A DNA stretch of 26,974 bases, from positions 1 through 26,974 of the IMG/VR virus record IMGVR_UViG_3300020045_007287. The stretch is one strand, 5' to 3'. The notes under the pieces were generated by a model. The model saw only the letters and a list, made by a program, of their open reading frames with translations, was not told the DNA's origin and did not search any database. A program made the position numbers and the translations under genes. The stretch comes from a virus (lineage: Duplodnaviria; Caudoviricetes). This document shows, piece by piece, positions 16,966 through 24,386 of this stretch; position 1 is the stretch's first letter, and every line of letters begins with the position of its first letter.

Positions 16966-17133
16966 TCAATTGTGATCTTTTCGGCCATCGGTCGTAACTT
17001 GCTCATGACGATCAGTGCCGAACGGAATGATTTCATAGTCGTCAGACATATGCGACATCTCATCAAGTTCGTAGCGATAGCACCAAGTACCATCGGGCCA
17101 ACGCATGATGTCTTCGGATGAATCAGTTGTCAT
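16966..17133 (-). CDS. Small acidic phage protein (55 aa, not in ORF track)
   Basis: MTTDSSEDIMRWPDGTWCYRYELDEMSHMSDDYEII...; fills gap between neighbours. Confidence 0.65.
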   Translation of the reverse strand: MTTDSSEDIMRWPDGTWCYRYELDEMSHMSDDYEIIPFGTDRHEQVTTDGRKDHN

Positions 17134-17515
17134 CTTGTGACCCTTCAGATGGGATAGCTTCTGTCACAACGCCATGCACGCGCAAAAACCGTTCATAGTC
17201 AGCAAGACGCTTCTCGGCTGCCTTCGCCCGTCGCTGCCACTCGCCATCAGGTATCGTGGGTAGTGGCGCAACCGTTGTCATGATCAGGCCGCGATGGTAT
17301 GTTGTTGGGGGCTTTGTGCCCGTGCGTGCAAACTCACCCTTTGCTGCCCAATACTTCCCTTCGGTGACTAGTTTGCGGATCAGCCAGCCGTGTGCGTCAA
17401 CTGCGATCTTCAAAACATTCGCGTCACGCGGTAGGGTGGACTTGAATTGATCAACTGCGGCAAAACAAGCCCTTGCACGTTCGTCGTACTCGAAGTGTGT
17501 ATGAGGCTTGCTCAT
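17123..17515 (-). CDS. Hypothetical protein (130 aa)
   Basis: ATGA-coupled ORF. Confidence 0.65.
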   Translation of the reverse strand: MSKPHTHFEYDERARACFAAVDQFKSTLPRDANVLKIAVDAHGWLIRKLVTEGKYWAAKGEFARTGTKPPTTYHRGLIMTTVAPLPTIPDGEWQRRAKAAEKRLADYERFLRVHGVVTEAIPSEGSQDDN

Positions 17516-17721
17516 AGTTGCGCATCTCGCTTTCGCAACACCAGTTCGGCGCGGCTGTGCTTGGTGGCATTGGTTCTGATGATGTCGACGCCAAGATGAT
17601 CACATAGCAAAGCGATTGCATCGTCACGGTCCTGATCGCTTACATCGCCGTAGGGTATTTGACCAATGTGAGCGAACAAGTGTTCTTCTTCAATCCGGTC
17701 ACCGTTCTGGTTCACTCGCAT
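17512..17721 (-). CDS. Hypothetical protein (69 aa)
   Basis: AAGGA RBS, coupled to neighbours. Confidence 0.65.
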   Translation of the reverse strand: MRVNQNGDRIEEEHLFAHIGQIPYGDVSDQDRDDAIALLCDHLGVDIIRTNATKHSRAELVLRKRDAQL

Positions 17722-17930
17722 GATCGTCCTTGCGATTCAGGTGCGAACTTCGGTAGTGGCGCCCAATGCGTCCAGTTCGATCCTGGCAAATAGTTCCCGT
17801 ACACCGCAACACCAGCCCTGCGGTCGATCAACTGCAACTTGCAGCCCCTTGGTGTGTTGAAGTCCACCGGGCGCCAGAAGTATTGATCATCGACGGCTGC
17901 CGCACCGTCTGCCGTGAGTTTTACGCTCAT
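17712..17930 (-). CDS. Conserved phage hypothetical protein, DUF551-like C-terminus (72 aa)
   Basis: ATG 17930 with ATGA overlap; W.P....PRG.K.QL...G.A.YG...WTHWAPLP. Confidence 0.65.
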   Translation of the reverse strand: MSVKLTADGAAAVDDQYFWRPVDFNTPRGCKLQLIDRRAGVAVYGNYLPGSNWTHWAPLPKFAPESQGRSCE

Positions 17931-18334
17931 GCGAAGATCACGAAGGCCATGCTGACAACAAAGACCGCGATGCACATCCTTGCTGCAAGGCGCTGACGCC
18001 ATTCCCTACCGCGACGCATGCTCTTGGCTGCCTCGATTGCCTTGAACTCAGTCCAGGCCGAATCCCTGTCGATGACCTTTTCATCGAGTTCATCGGTAGT
18101 GAGTTTGGTCGGCTGAGCACCGCAGTAGCGGCAACGAATCTCATTGGCGCTGTCCAGGCTGTAGTAGCACTGCTGCCCGGTGGCCGTGCATTGGTCGAAG
18201 TTGATTGCCGGTCGACCATGCCGACGGGTCATCATGCAGCCGGCCGGCTCGCTGCACTGCGTTGGTGTGGCGCACCGCCGCCCCTGCGACGGGCATTGCG
18301 CGGCCACGGCTCGATGGAAATTGATCACGCTCAC
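17927..18334 (-). CDS. Cys-rich hypothetical protein with C-terminal hydrophobic segment (135 aa)
   Basis: GTGA coupling; multiple Cys including CRYC; hydrophobic C-terminus. Confidence 0.55.
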   Translation of the reverse strand: MSVINFHRAVAAQCPSQGRRCATPTQCSEPAGCMMTRRHGRPAINFDQCTATGQQCYYSLDSANEIRCRYCGAQPTKLTTDELDEKVIDRDSAWTEFKAIEAAKSMRRGREWRQRLAARMCIAVFVVSMAFVIFA

Positions 18335-18537
18335 GGTGTTCCTTTCGATTCAGGCTTAAGGGTGTTGGACGCTGCGCTTTCAATCTTCAGGCGACGGATG
18401 CGTTGGTCCAACATGGCGGCACTTGAAGTGTAGAACTCAGCCAATTTCAGATGCTCAAGACGATTCATCTCAGCCTCGTACAACTGTTCACTGATCAGTT
18501 CGTCGCGCGTCTGCTTAGAGAAAAATGATTTGATCAC
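18331..18537 (-). CDS. Hypothetical helical protein (68 aa)
   Basis: GTG 18537 overlapping upstream stop; AAAGG RBS. Confidence 0.65.
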   Translation of the reverse strand: MIKSFFSKQTRDELISEQLYEAEMNRLEHLKLAEFYTSSAAMLDQRIRRLKIESAASNTLKPESKGTP

Positions 18538-18794
18538 TGCGCTGCCTTTCTCGGCTTGCGTTCTTCGGCAGCAATGAGTTTCGCCGAGCCGCTGGCTGTC
18601 AGGTGAATGCGTTTCTGCACGAGGCTGCGACGGCGAAGCAACTGCATCGCATCGTTCATCGAAATGACTGTCGAGTAGTGGCGCGCAAGGCATCGACGGA
18701 ATTCATCGTAATCCATGGACCCGCCTGCGTCACTGATGTCCCGCAACACGCCTTGAATTGCACTGCCATGCGGCACGTAGTGGGGGCGGGTCAT
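18534..18794 (-). CDS. Hypothetical protein, possible winged helix (86 aa)
   Basis: L..L.RR.LV....I.LT..G pattern; ATGA coupling. Confidence 0.6.
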   Translation of the reverse strand: MTRPHYVPHGSAIQGVLRDISDAGGSMDYDEFRRCLARHYSTVISMNDAMQLLRRRSLVQKRIHLTASGSAKLIAAEERKPRKAAQ

Positions 18795-18928
18795 TTAATC
18801 CGCCGATGACGAAAAAGACGATCAAGGGCGTCGCCGTTGGTTGGCTTGAGCAGGCTGAGACGAATCAGCAGTTGGCGCCACGCAATTCGCGTTTGACTGC
18901 CGATGTATTGAAGGGTGTCACGAACCAT
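18791..18928 (-). CDS. Small basic protein (45 aa, not in ORF track)
   Basis: MVRDTLQYIGSQTRIAWRQLLIRLSLLKPTNGDALDRLFRHRRIK; stop overlaps next ATG. Confidence 0.5.
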   Translation of the reverse strand: MVRDTLQYIGSQTRIAWRQLLIRLSLLKPTNGDALDRLFRHRRIK

Positions 18929-19130
18929 AAGGCGCCCCGAGTTTTGCAGCGTTGTAATCCATTTTTGTCAGGTATTTTTTCTGTTCAGCCTTCAAGGTCT
19001 TGATGATTCGTTGCGCCGGGTCGCGTGGCATGCGCTCAAGAAACCCTATGCAGATTTCTGCAAATTCGATGTTCTTCGCGGCCTCCTTAAAGTCATTCAG
19101 ATGTTTGCGTTTGGTCTTTGCGTCCATCAC
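18918..19130 (-). CDS. Hypothetical protein (70 aa)
   Basis: GTGA coupling, GAGGG RBS. Confidence 0.65.
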   Translation of the reverse strand: MMDAKTKRKHLNDFKEAAKNIEFAEICIGFLERMPRDPAQRIIKTLKAEQKKYLTKMDYNAAKLGAPYGS

Positions 19131-19444
19131 GCAACCCTCGTGACGATGCCAATGATCATCCAGTTGCGCGCGGGCGTGAGCATGTCAGTCACTTCGACGG
19201 TGTACTCACCACCCGTGCGGCCCTTGGCTGCTTTGACACTCGGCGCGATGTTGTTGCGAAGTGATTCCTTGCGGGCCGGCAACGTGTCTTGAATGACAGC
19301 AAGTGCGTTGTACTTATCGACATTCTCCGCACGGGCAGCACACTCGCCAACGGCAAGCATTTCGATTGCGCTGGTGAAACTGTAGGTGCTACGCCGCTCG
19401 GGCAGCGGTACATCTTTGTCGATCTTGAGTTCAGTCTTTTTCAC
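19127..19444 (-). CDS. Hypothetical, possible DNA-binding protein (105 aa)
   Basis: KIDKDVPLP...Y.F....L.VGE pattern; coupled. Confidence 0.7.
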   Translation of the reverse strand: MKKTELKIDKDVPLPERRSTYSFTSAIEMLAVGECAARAENVDKYNALAVIQDTLPARKESLRNNIAPSVKAAKGRTGGEYTVEVTDMLTPARNWMIIGIVTRVA

Positions 19445-19755
19445 GGTTTGTTCCCATGTGTTGTGATTGTGTCGGCTGTAGTGAAGACGTGATAGACCGG
19501 GTGAATGTTCGATAGGAACTCAGCAGGTACACCCTGTATCGCACCGACGTAGTTCCCGATTTCAACGGGGAGTTGACGATCAGTGCCAAAGACAAAGAAC
19601 ACTGCTGTTTCGTAGTGCTGACGGGGATCGCACATTGCGTGAAAGTAAGGCCCAGCTTGGTCGACCCCGACAGATAGAACTACCGACCCTGCGTAAAGGT
19701 CTAGAGTAGATCGGCCGGGTTGAAGATCATAGCGTTTGATGATTCTGTAGGTCAT
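19441..19755 (-). CDS. Conserved phage hypothetical protein (104 aa)
   Basis: I..Y.L...VLSV..Q...VFGT...YVG....VYHVF pattern. Confidence 0.65.
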   Translation of the reverse strand: MTYRIIKRYDLQPGRSTLDLYAGSVVLSVGVDQAGPYFHAMCDPRQHYETAVFFVFGTDRQLPVEIGNYVGAIQGVPAEFLSNIHPVYHVFTTADTITTHGNKP

Positions 19756-19766
19756 GAGTGCCCCAA

Positions 19767-20162
19767 TCAAGAAGAAGGATCGCGGTATTCCTCGCGTTCA
19801 CCGATGTGCAGACCGTGGCCCTTGACTTTGTTCCAACGCCCAGTAACCCAGTTGGGTCGAACTTCAACCCATTCGCCCGATGCTTCACGTCGGAAGATAC
19901 TCGGGCTGCCGGCCTTGTTCGAGGTGTATTCATACACCGCAGAACCATCGTGCGTGCTACCGCTGATCACCTTCGCGTCATCTTGGCGAACTTGCACGCA
20001 AGTGAGTTTGCGCTCAATGAACACATACGTGACGGTGGCCGCATGACGGTCAGACCAAAGCAAGATGGTTGCGCCCATGCCGACAACGGGCTCGGGCTGC
20101 CCGATGGTCTGCCGCGACCGCAAGTGATTCACAACTGATCCGGTTTTACTGCCGAGTTTCAT
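19767..20162 (-). CDS. Conserved phage hypothetical protein (131 aa), first gene of leftward cluster
   Basis: ATG 20162; GSVVNHL...P.VGMGATILLWSDRHAATV...G.REEYRDPS. Confidence 0.75.
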   Translation of the reverse strand: MKLGSKTGSVVNHLRSRQTIGQPEPVVGMGATILLWSDRHAATVTYVFIERKLTCVQVRQDDAKVISGSTHDGSAVYEYTSNKAGSPSIFRREASGEWVEVRPNWVTGRWNKVKGHGLHIGEREEYRDPSS

Positions 20163-20211
20163 GATTGCCCGCCTTCTGTGATGTATGTGTTCACTGAACA
20201 CCTTGAACGCA

Positions 20212-20240
20212 ATTGTGACGACAACGCCGATCCTTGTCAA
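20212..20240 (-). promoter_or_regulatory. Sigma70 promoter, leftward
   Basis: Minus strand TTGACA-17 nt-CACAAT, about 50 nt upstream of the 20162 start. Confidence 0.75.
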
Positions 20241-20271
20241 TACCTGACTGTATCGAATGGTCAATCGGAAA

Positions 20272-20302
20272 TTTGGAACGGGCAAGCATTGCGAAGTAAG
20301 AT
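20272..20302 (+). promoter_or_regulatory. Shared motif copy 1 / possible rightward promoter
   Basis: TTTGGAACGGGC-N10-AAGTAAG, about 30 nt before ATG 20334; second copy at 22418. Confidence 0.55.
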
Positions 20303-20333
20303 GTATCACCCCATCACGCAAGGAGACCTGAAC

Positions 20334-20552
20334 ATGAACGAGCATCAAGAACTGGCGATCAAGGCGCTTGAGGACAAGCGGGGCGATAACGTGGCAAGAC
20401 TTCGCGCCATGTTTGCCACATGCACGCCGGAACAGATGTGCGAGGTGTACGGCAGAAGCGGTCGGACACGGGCCGAAATCCTGACGCAATGCGAAGCCCA
20501 TGACGCCAAGATCGACGCTGCGATCAACTGGGTGAAGGCCCAAGCATCATGA
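20334..20552 (+). CDS. Hypothetical protein (72 aa)
   Basis: ATG 20334 with AAGGAG RBS. Confidence 0.75.
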   Translation: MNEHQELAIKALEDKRGDNVARLRAMFATCTPEQMCEVYGRSGRTRAEILTQCEAHDAKIDAAINWVKAQAS

Positions 20553-20992
20553 GCATGCGACATGACTTCAACGATGGCAAATACACCATCATCAACGACA
20601 ACGGCCAGTTGACTGCATTGCGCAACGGCGAGCCTTGGGGCCGCGATCTGACTGGCGACAACCTGATCTATTGGATGTTGGTAGAAGTCATTCGGCTGAA
20701 GACCCTGAGCGTGACAGACATCATGCTTGCTGTTGTCCCTGGCGTGGACGGGATGGGCCAAGAGGTCTATGCCACTTCGGTCGCTGACGTGGTTGACAAA
20801 TTGACGGAACTCGGGCAAGTGGTTGAAGAAGTGACCGCACAACGCGAACGGTGGGACAAAGAGCGCACGACTTACAGAAGTTTGCTGATGCAGGCGCGTC
20901 TTGTGCTGCGCGGCCCGCACACGGAACAGAACATTGTGGTGCGCGAACTTGTTGCCAGGATCGAGGCGCTTGGTGTGCATTTCAGCGCCTAA
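20549..20992 (+). CDS. Hypothetical protein with coiled-coil C-terminus (147 aa)
   Basis: ATGA coupling; GKYT.....G...ALR.GEPW.RDL.GD motif. Confidence 0.75.
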   Translation: MSMRHDFNDGKYTIINDNGQLTALRNGEPWGRDLTGDNLIYWMLVEVIRLKTLSVTDIMLAVVPGVDGMGQEVYATSVADVVDKLTELGQVVEEVTAQRERWDKERTTYRSLLMQARLVLRGPHTEQNIVVRELVARIEALGVHFSA

Positions 20993-21009
20993 CTAAAGGA
21001 AACATAGAA

Positions 21010-21309
21010 ATGGACACACCCAGCTTCGCAGAACGAATCGATGCCGCGTACTCAGCCTGCGTCGAGAAGAACAAACCCTTCATGCTGTCGCCCGCCGATA
21101 TGGAACAGGCCGTGCAACCCATCGTCGATGACCTGTTGAAGATGTCGAAGGATGCCGCGATGTGCTACATCGTGAAGACTCATCGAGGCGCCGGCACGGT
21201 TGATGCCATCGCACTGAAGATGTACCGCAAGCAATTGGAGTTGACCGACAGCGGCATGAACAGCGGCGACTTGATTGCAGCCATGTTCCGTGACGGTGCT
21301 GGTTCGTGA
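21010..21309 (+). CDS. Hypothetical protein (99 aa)
   Basis: ATG 21010 with AAAGGA RBS. Confidence 0.7.
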   Translation: MDTPSFAERIDAAYSACVEKNKPFMLSPADMEQAVQPIVDDLLKMSKDAAMCYIVKTHRGAGTVDAIALKMYRKQLELTDSGMNSGDLIAAMFRDGAGS

Positions 21310-21319
21310 GGCAATCAAA

Positions 21320-21574
21320 ATGAGCACCATCCCGATTGATATGGTTCTGCATTGCCCGGTCTGCGGGCTGCAGCACATTGACGAACCGGAAGTGATAGCG
21401 AAGATATTCGCCTGTCACCATGCGGACCCGATGACTTGTTCTTGCGATAACAGCCGTTGGACGAACCCGCCACACCGTAGCCATATGTGCGCCGGCTGCG
21501 GCAATATCTGGCGACCGGCCGATGTACCAACCAACGGTGCTGCTGCCGTCACAACGAAGGGCGACGAACTATGA
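21320..21574 (+). CDS. Cys/His-rich putative Zn-binding protein (84 aa), ends GDEL
   Basis: LHCPVCGLQHID...WTNPPHRSHMCAGCGNIWRPADVPTNG; GAGG RBS. Confidence 0.7.
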   Translation: MSTIPIDMVLHCPVCGLQHIDEPEVIAKIFACHHADPMTCSCDNSRWTNPPHRSHMCAGCGNIWRPADVPTNGAAAVTTKGDEL

Positions 21575-22110
21575 AAGTCCGAAACATCAAGACGCGGAAA
21601 TGGCTGCTGATCAAAAAGGGTGGTACGGCCTGCCGAAGCACACCTTACCTGCGGAAGTTTCCCACCCGAGTGATCAAGTTCGATCCTGACGATTTGCAGA
21701 CCAAACTGGTTGCAGTGCGAGGGAAGTTGATGACGATGCTGGACGGTATGATCGCCAATCGAATCATCGGCGGTCGCATTGATCGTGAGTTCTTCAGCGG
21801 TCCAATCGGTCGTCACTATCTGGCCGGCTACGATTCGAACGGTGTACCTGCAAGGGTCGTTGCTGCTGCAGTTGTGGCCGATGACGGCTCGGTTGTTTCA
21901 CTGCCGCCACCTGCACGCCACCACACAATCATTCTGCACATGGTTAATACCATCGGCTGGCCTTGGCCGATCACGGGTGAACAGGGCTTCATCCTGTCGA
22001 ATGGCAACTATGTTGATCGGGTAATGGCGCGGCAGTGCGCTGAAGCCAATGGGCAGTTGTTGATTGGTGCGGCCGCGCATCGTGAATTGTTTTCGGAGGA
22101 TGTGTGGTGA
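21571..22110 (+). CDS. Conserved phage hypothetical protein (179 aa)
   Basis: ATGA coupling; C-terminal VVAAA...PPPARHH...QGF....G.YVDR..A...LFSEDVW. Confidence 0.75.
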   Translation: MKVRNIKTRKWLLIKKGGTACRSTPYLRKFPTRVIKFDPDDLQTKLVAVRGKLMTMLDGMIANRIIGGRIDREFFSGPIGRHYLAGYDSNGVPARVVAAAVVADDGSVVSLPPPARHHTIILHMVNTIGWPWPITGEQGFILSNGNYVDRVMARQCAEANGQLLIGAAAHRELFSEDVW

Positions 22111-22355
22111 CAACTCGAATTGATCTTACTTCTGAGCAACTGAAGGCAATTCTCGATGCACGCGATGAAGATATGGCGGCTGCAGTTGCCCTATCAAACG
22201 AACATCCAATTCGGCCGTTCGTGCTGGACGATTACGCAGTCAGAGCCGAAGTTTCGAAGATCGTTGCTCAGAACTGCACCGCAGCACTGATTCACTCATA
22301 TCAGGTGTTCGTTGTTCCAGTCGAATCGGGTGTGAGCTATCTTGAGGTTATCTGA
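22107..22355 (+). CDS. Hypothetical protein (82 aa)
   Basis: GTGA coupling with GGAGGA RBS. Confidence 0.7.
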   Translation: MTTRIDLTSEQLKAILDARDEDMAAAVALSNEHPIRPFVLDDYAVRAEVSKIVAQNCTAALIHSYQVFVVPVESGVSYLEVI

Positions 22356-22417
22356 CCCTGAGTTGAGTCCGTTTGATTAACCTAAAACTCCAATTCAAAT
22401 GAATCTCAAAACGAGAT

Positions 22418-22446
22418 TTTGGAACGGGCGGGGTTGGTCAAGTAAG
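22418..22446 (+). promoter_or_regulatory. Shared motif copy 2
   Basis: TTTGGAACGGGC-N10-AAGTAAG, identical boxes and spacing to 20272. Confidence 0.55.
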
Positions 22447-22449
22447 GTT

Positions 22450-22590
22450 CGATGTGGGTTGTTGTTCTACCGTAGAACACCCCGAAAGGGCTGCAGATCG
22501 TCGGGATGACGAGGCTGCCACCGAGCCCTCATGTGTGCGGGCGCGCGCAGGCCCGTCATGACGGGCGCGGGGTTGTCATCTAGTCGCATG
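22450..22590 (+). ncRNA. Candidate structured RNA or ssDNA element
   Basis: Several hairpins including a GAAA tetraloop and a nested multi-branch fold; no credible ORF; immediately downstream of the shared motif. Confidence 0.3.
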
Positions 22591-22604
22591 CCGTCAGTCG
22601 AGCC

Positions 22605-22734
22605 CTGGCGCTGGTCCTGCCGACGTGCTGGCGCTGGTCCTGCCGACGTGCTGGCGCTGGTCCTGCCGACGTGCTGGCGCTGGTCCTGCCGACGTGCTGG
22701 CGCTGGTCCTGCCGACGTGCTGGCGCTGGTCCTG
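22605..22734 (+). repeat. Perfect 23-bp tandem repeat CTGGCGCTGGTCCTGCCGACGTG, 5 copies plus 15-bp partial
   Basis: Units start 22605, 22628, 22651, 22674, 22697, 22720; no spacers. Confidence 0.97.
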
Positions 22735-22750
22735 AACTATTTTTTCGTCA

Positions 22751-22793
22751 GTGTCGCCGACACGACACGACACGGGCCGAGCTTGTGTATGAT
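22751..22793 (+). promoter_or_regulatory. Probable promoter region of small-gene cluster with short inverted and direct repeats
   Basis: TATGAT at 22788-22793; GTGTCG-C-CGACAC inverted repeat and CGACA x3 upstream; no canonical -35. Confidence 0.4.
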
Positions 22794-22827
22794 CGAGGCA
22801 TCGGATCAATCAATAGGAGAAAACACC

Positions 22828-23049
22828 ATGGCACTGGCACCGACAATCGAACAAATTGAATCAGCTGCAGTCATCTATGCTGAGCTGATCGGTGGCGCCG
22901 TTCACTTGCGCCCGGCCGATCTGGCATTTCATATTGACGCCAAATTCCCAGGTATGGATCAAGAAACCTTTTATGCAATCGGGCTCGAATGCTCGGCGGT
23001 TTGCGACAAATTGCGTTTCAATGCTTTGCAAACCATTTGGGGGGCTTGA
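22828..23049 (+). CDS. Hypothetical early-type protein (73 aa)
   Basis: ATG 22828 with TAGGAG RBS. Confidence 0.75.
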   Translation: MALAPTIEQIESAAVIYAELIGGAVHLRPADLAFHIDAKFPGMDQETFYAIGLECSAVCDKLRFNALQTIWGA

Positions 23050-23051
23050 AA

Positions 23052-23192
23052 ATGTCAGATCGTAAATTGTTGGTTGTCATGCTGATCATTTGGGCTATCG
23101 GCATGGCCGGCACGTTCACCTATAACCTGCCAAACTGGTGCGCTAATCCGGGTTTGCCGGGTAATTGGTTGATCGTGCCATTCTGCAAGTAA
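23052..23192 (+). CDS. Small membrane protein (46 aa)
   Basis: G-run RBS; hydrophobic LLVVMLIIWAIGMAG. Confidence 0.6.
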   Translation: MSDRKLLVVMLIIWAIGMAGTFTYNLPNWCANPGLPGNWLIVPFCK

Positions 23193-23218
23193 CTCATTCA
23201 AGCAAAGGAGAATTAACC

Positions 23219-23572
23219 ATGGCATACCGTGGAAAGTACCCATTCAACATTTGCACCGTCTCATCCGTGAACATTGGCGCAATGCGCGCAATCAAATGCA
23301 CTGCCAACAATGGCAAGAGTTTGATTGTTGACCCTGAATTCCCCGGCGCCCGATTGCCCCATCTCGGTCAGGACATCAGGCAATTTGCCTGCAGGCATCG
23401 GCCAATCATTGTGCTGATTCAGCGTGCAATCGCCGAACGTCGCATTGCACAGAAGCTGCGCGCACAAGGTCAGACCACGATTGCGCATTTGCCAGCCATG
23501 CGATGCGCTGAAGCCCTGCGGGATGCACGCGGCTTGCGCAATCATCGCCTTAACATGATTGAGGACTTTTAA
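23219..23572 (+). CDS. Hypothetical basic protein (117 aa)
   Basis: AAAGGAG RBS before ATG 23219. Confidence 0.7.
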   Translation: MAYRGKYPFNICTVSSVNIGAMRAIKCTANNGKSLIVDPEFPGARLPHLGQDIRQFACRHRPIIVLIQRAIAERRIAQKLRAQGQTTIAHLPAMRCAEALRDARGLRNHRLNMIEDF

Positions 23573-23574
23573 TC

Positions 23575-23664
23575 ATGATTCTTGCATTCATCGCATGCGC
23601 CATCGTCGGCACCATTGCAGCGCAACCCGTGCTTGCCCTGTTTCGAATCATCAAAGGGGAATAA
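23575..23664 (+). CDS. Small hydrophobic peptide (29 aa, not in ORF track)
   Basis: GAGGA RBS; MILAFIACAIVGTIAAQPVLALFRIIKGE; fills gap. Confidence 0.5.
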   Translation: MILAFIACAIVGTIAAQPVLALFRIIKGE

Positions 23665-23666
23665 CC

Positions 23667-23897
23667 GTGACCACAAATAATGTTTTGACGATTGTTGAAT
23701 TCGATTCTGATTCCGACTTCGAAAAGGCGCAGGCAATTTGCCGAAAACAAGGGTATGGGGAATCGTGGGCGTATATTACATCGTCAGACCCCTTGAATGG
23801 TTTGTATCTGGTGCCATTGCGTCCGGGTCAACCGAGTAAGGTTGTCTGCAAAACCCTCGAATTCGGTATGGTTGTTATCGAAACTTTTGACGAATAA
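23667..23897 (+). CDS. Hypothetical protein (76 aa)
   Basis: GTG with AAAGGGG RBS. Confidence 0.7.
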   Translation: MTTNNVLTIVEFDSDSDFEKAQAICRKQGYGESWAYITSSDPLNGLYLVPLRPGQPSKVVCKTLEFGMVVIETFDE

Positions 23898-23907
23898 GGG
23901 GCATACC

Positions 23908-24183
23908 ATGGCAAAACAAATAACCCTTTCTGATGTTGTCACGTCCGGCCGAGTTCTGACGGAATCAGAACAATCGCAAATGCTGCAGATATTCGGCAAG
24001 CGCGCCCATGCTGCAAACCATGAAAGGCTGAAACAGAAATTGTCGATACCGACAATCGCATGGTCAAACCATCATGGTTACTATTCCCGCGTTCATTTTG
24101 AGAATGACGGAATCAGTTACTGTGCAGGGCAGGACTATCGGGCCGAAATTGCCATGGTTCGCAATCTCATCATAGGGGGCTGA
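23908..24183 (+). CDS. Hypothetical protein (91 aa)
   Basis: TAAGGGG RBS; C-terminal YCAGQDY..E...VR motif. Confidence 0.75.
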   Translation: MAKQITLSDVVTSGRVLTESEQSQMLQIFGKRAHAANHERLKQKLSIPTIAWSNHHGYYSRVHFENDGISYCAGQDYRAEIAMVRNLIIGG

Positions 24184-24186
24184 ATC

Positions 24187-24384
24187 GTGAAATTCATTCT
24201 TGAGATTGAATGTGACAATGATTCATTTGCAGATGATGCCGCTTTCGAAGTCGGCCGAATTCTGCGGGAATTGTCGGGGAAAATTTCAACCAATGGCCCG
24301 CTTAGCAAATATCCGTTGCGTGATTCGAATGGCAACCGGGTCGGCTGTGCCGAATTCAAAATCGACGACGATTGCGAAAACTGA
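24187..24384 (+). CDS. Conserved small phage protein (65 aa)
   Basis: F.LEI.CDND.F....EV.RILR...LRDSNGNRVG; AGGGGG RBS. Confidence 0.75.
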   Translation: MKFILEIECDNDSFADDAAFEVGRILRELSGKISTNGPLSKYPLRDSNGNRVGCAEFKIDDDCEN

Positions 24385-24386
24385 TC

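Noticed and set aside
19767-20543. 258-aa version of the leftward ORF
   Set aside because: Extension overlaps the divergent promoter region and the 20334 gene; recognisable sequence starts at ATG 20162
22402-22420. Intrinsic terminator AATCTC-AAAAC-GAGATT-TT
   Set aside because: AT-rich weak stem and short U-tract; overlaps the shared motif, so not called
22481-22530. Hammerhead ribozyme or tRNA
   Set aside because: No CUGAUGA core (sequence is GGGATGAC) and no T-loop/anticodon arm geometry
22605-22734. CRISPR array
   Set aside because: Units are directly adjacent with no unique spacers and no cas genes are present
22531-23049. 172-aa ORF (and 22594-22809, 22671-22859) running through the repeat
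   Set aside because: Open frames arise from the stop-free 23-bp unit; the strong RBS sits before ATG 22828
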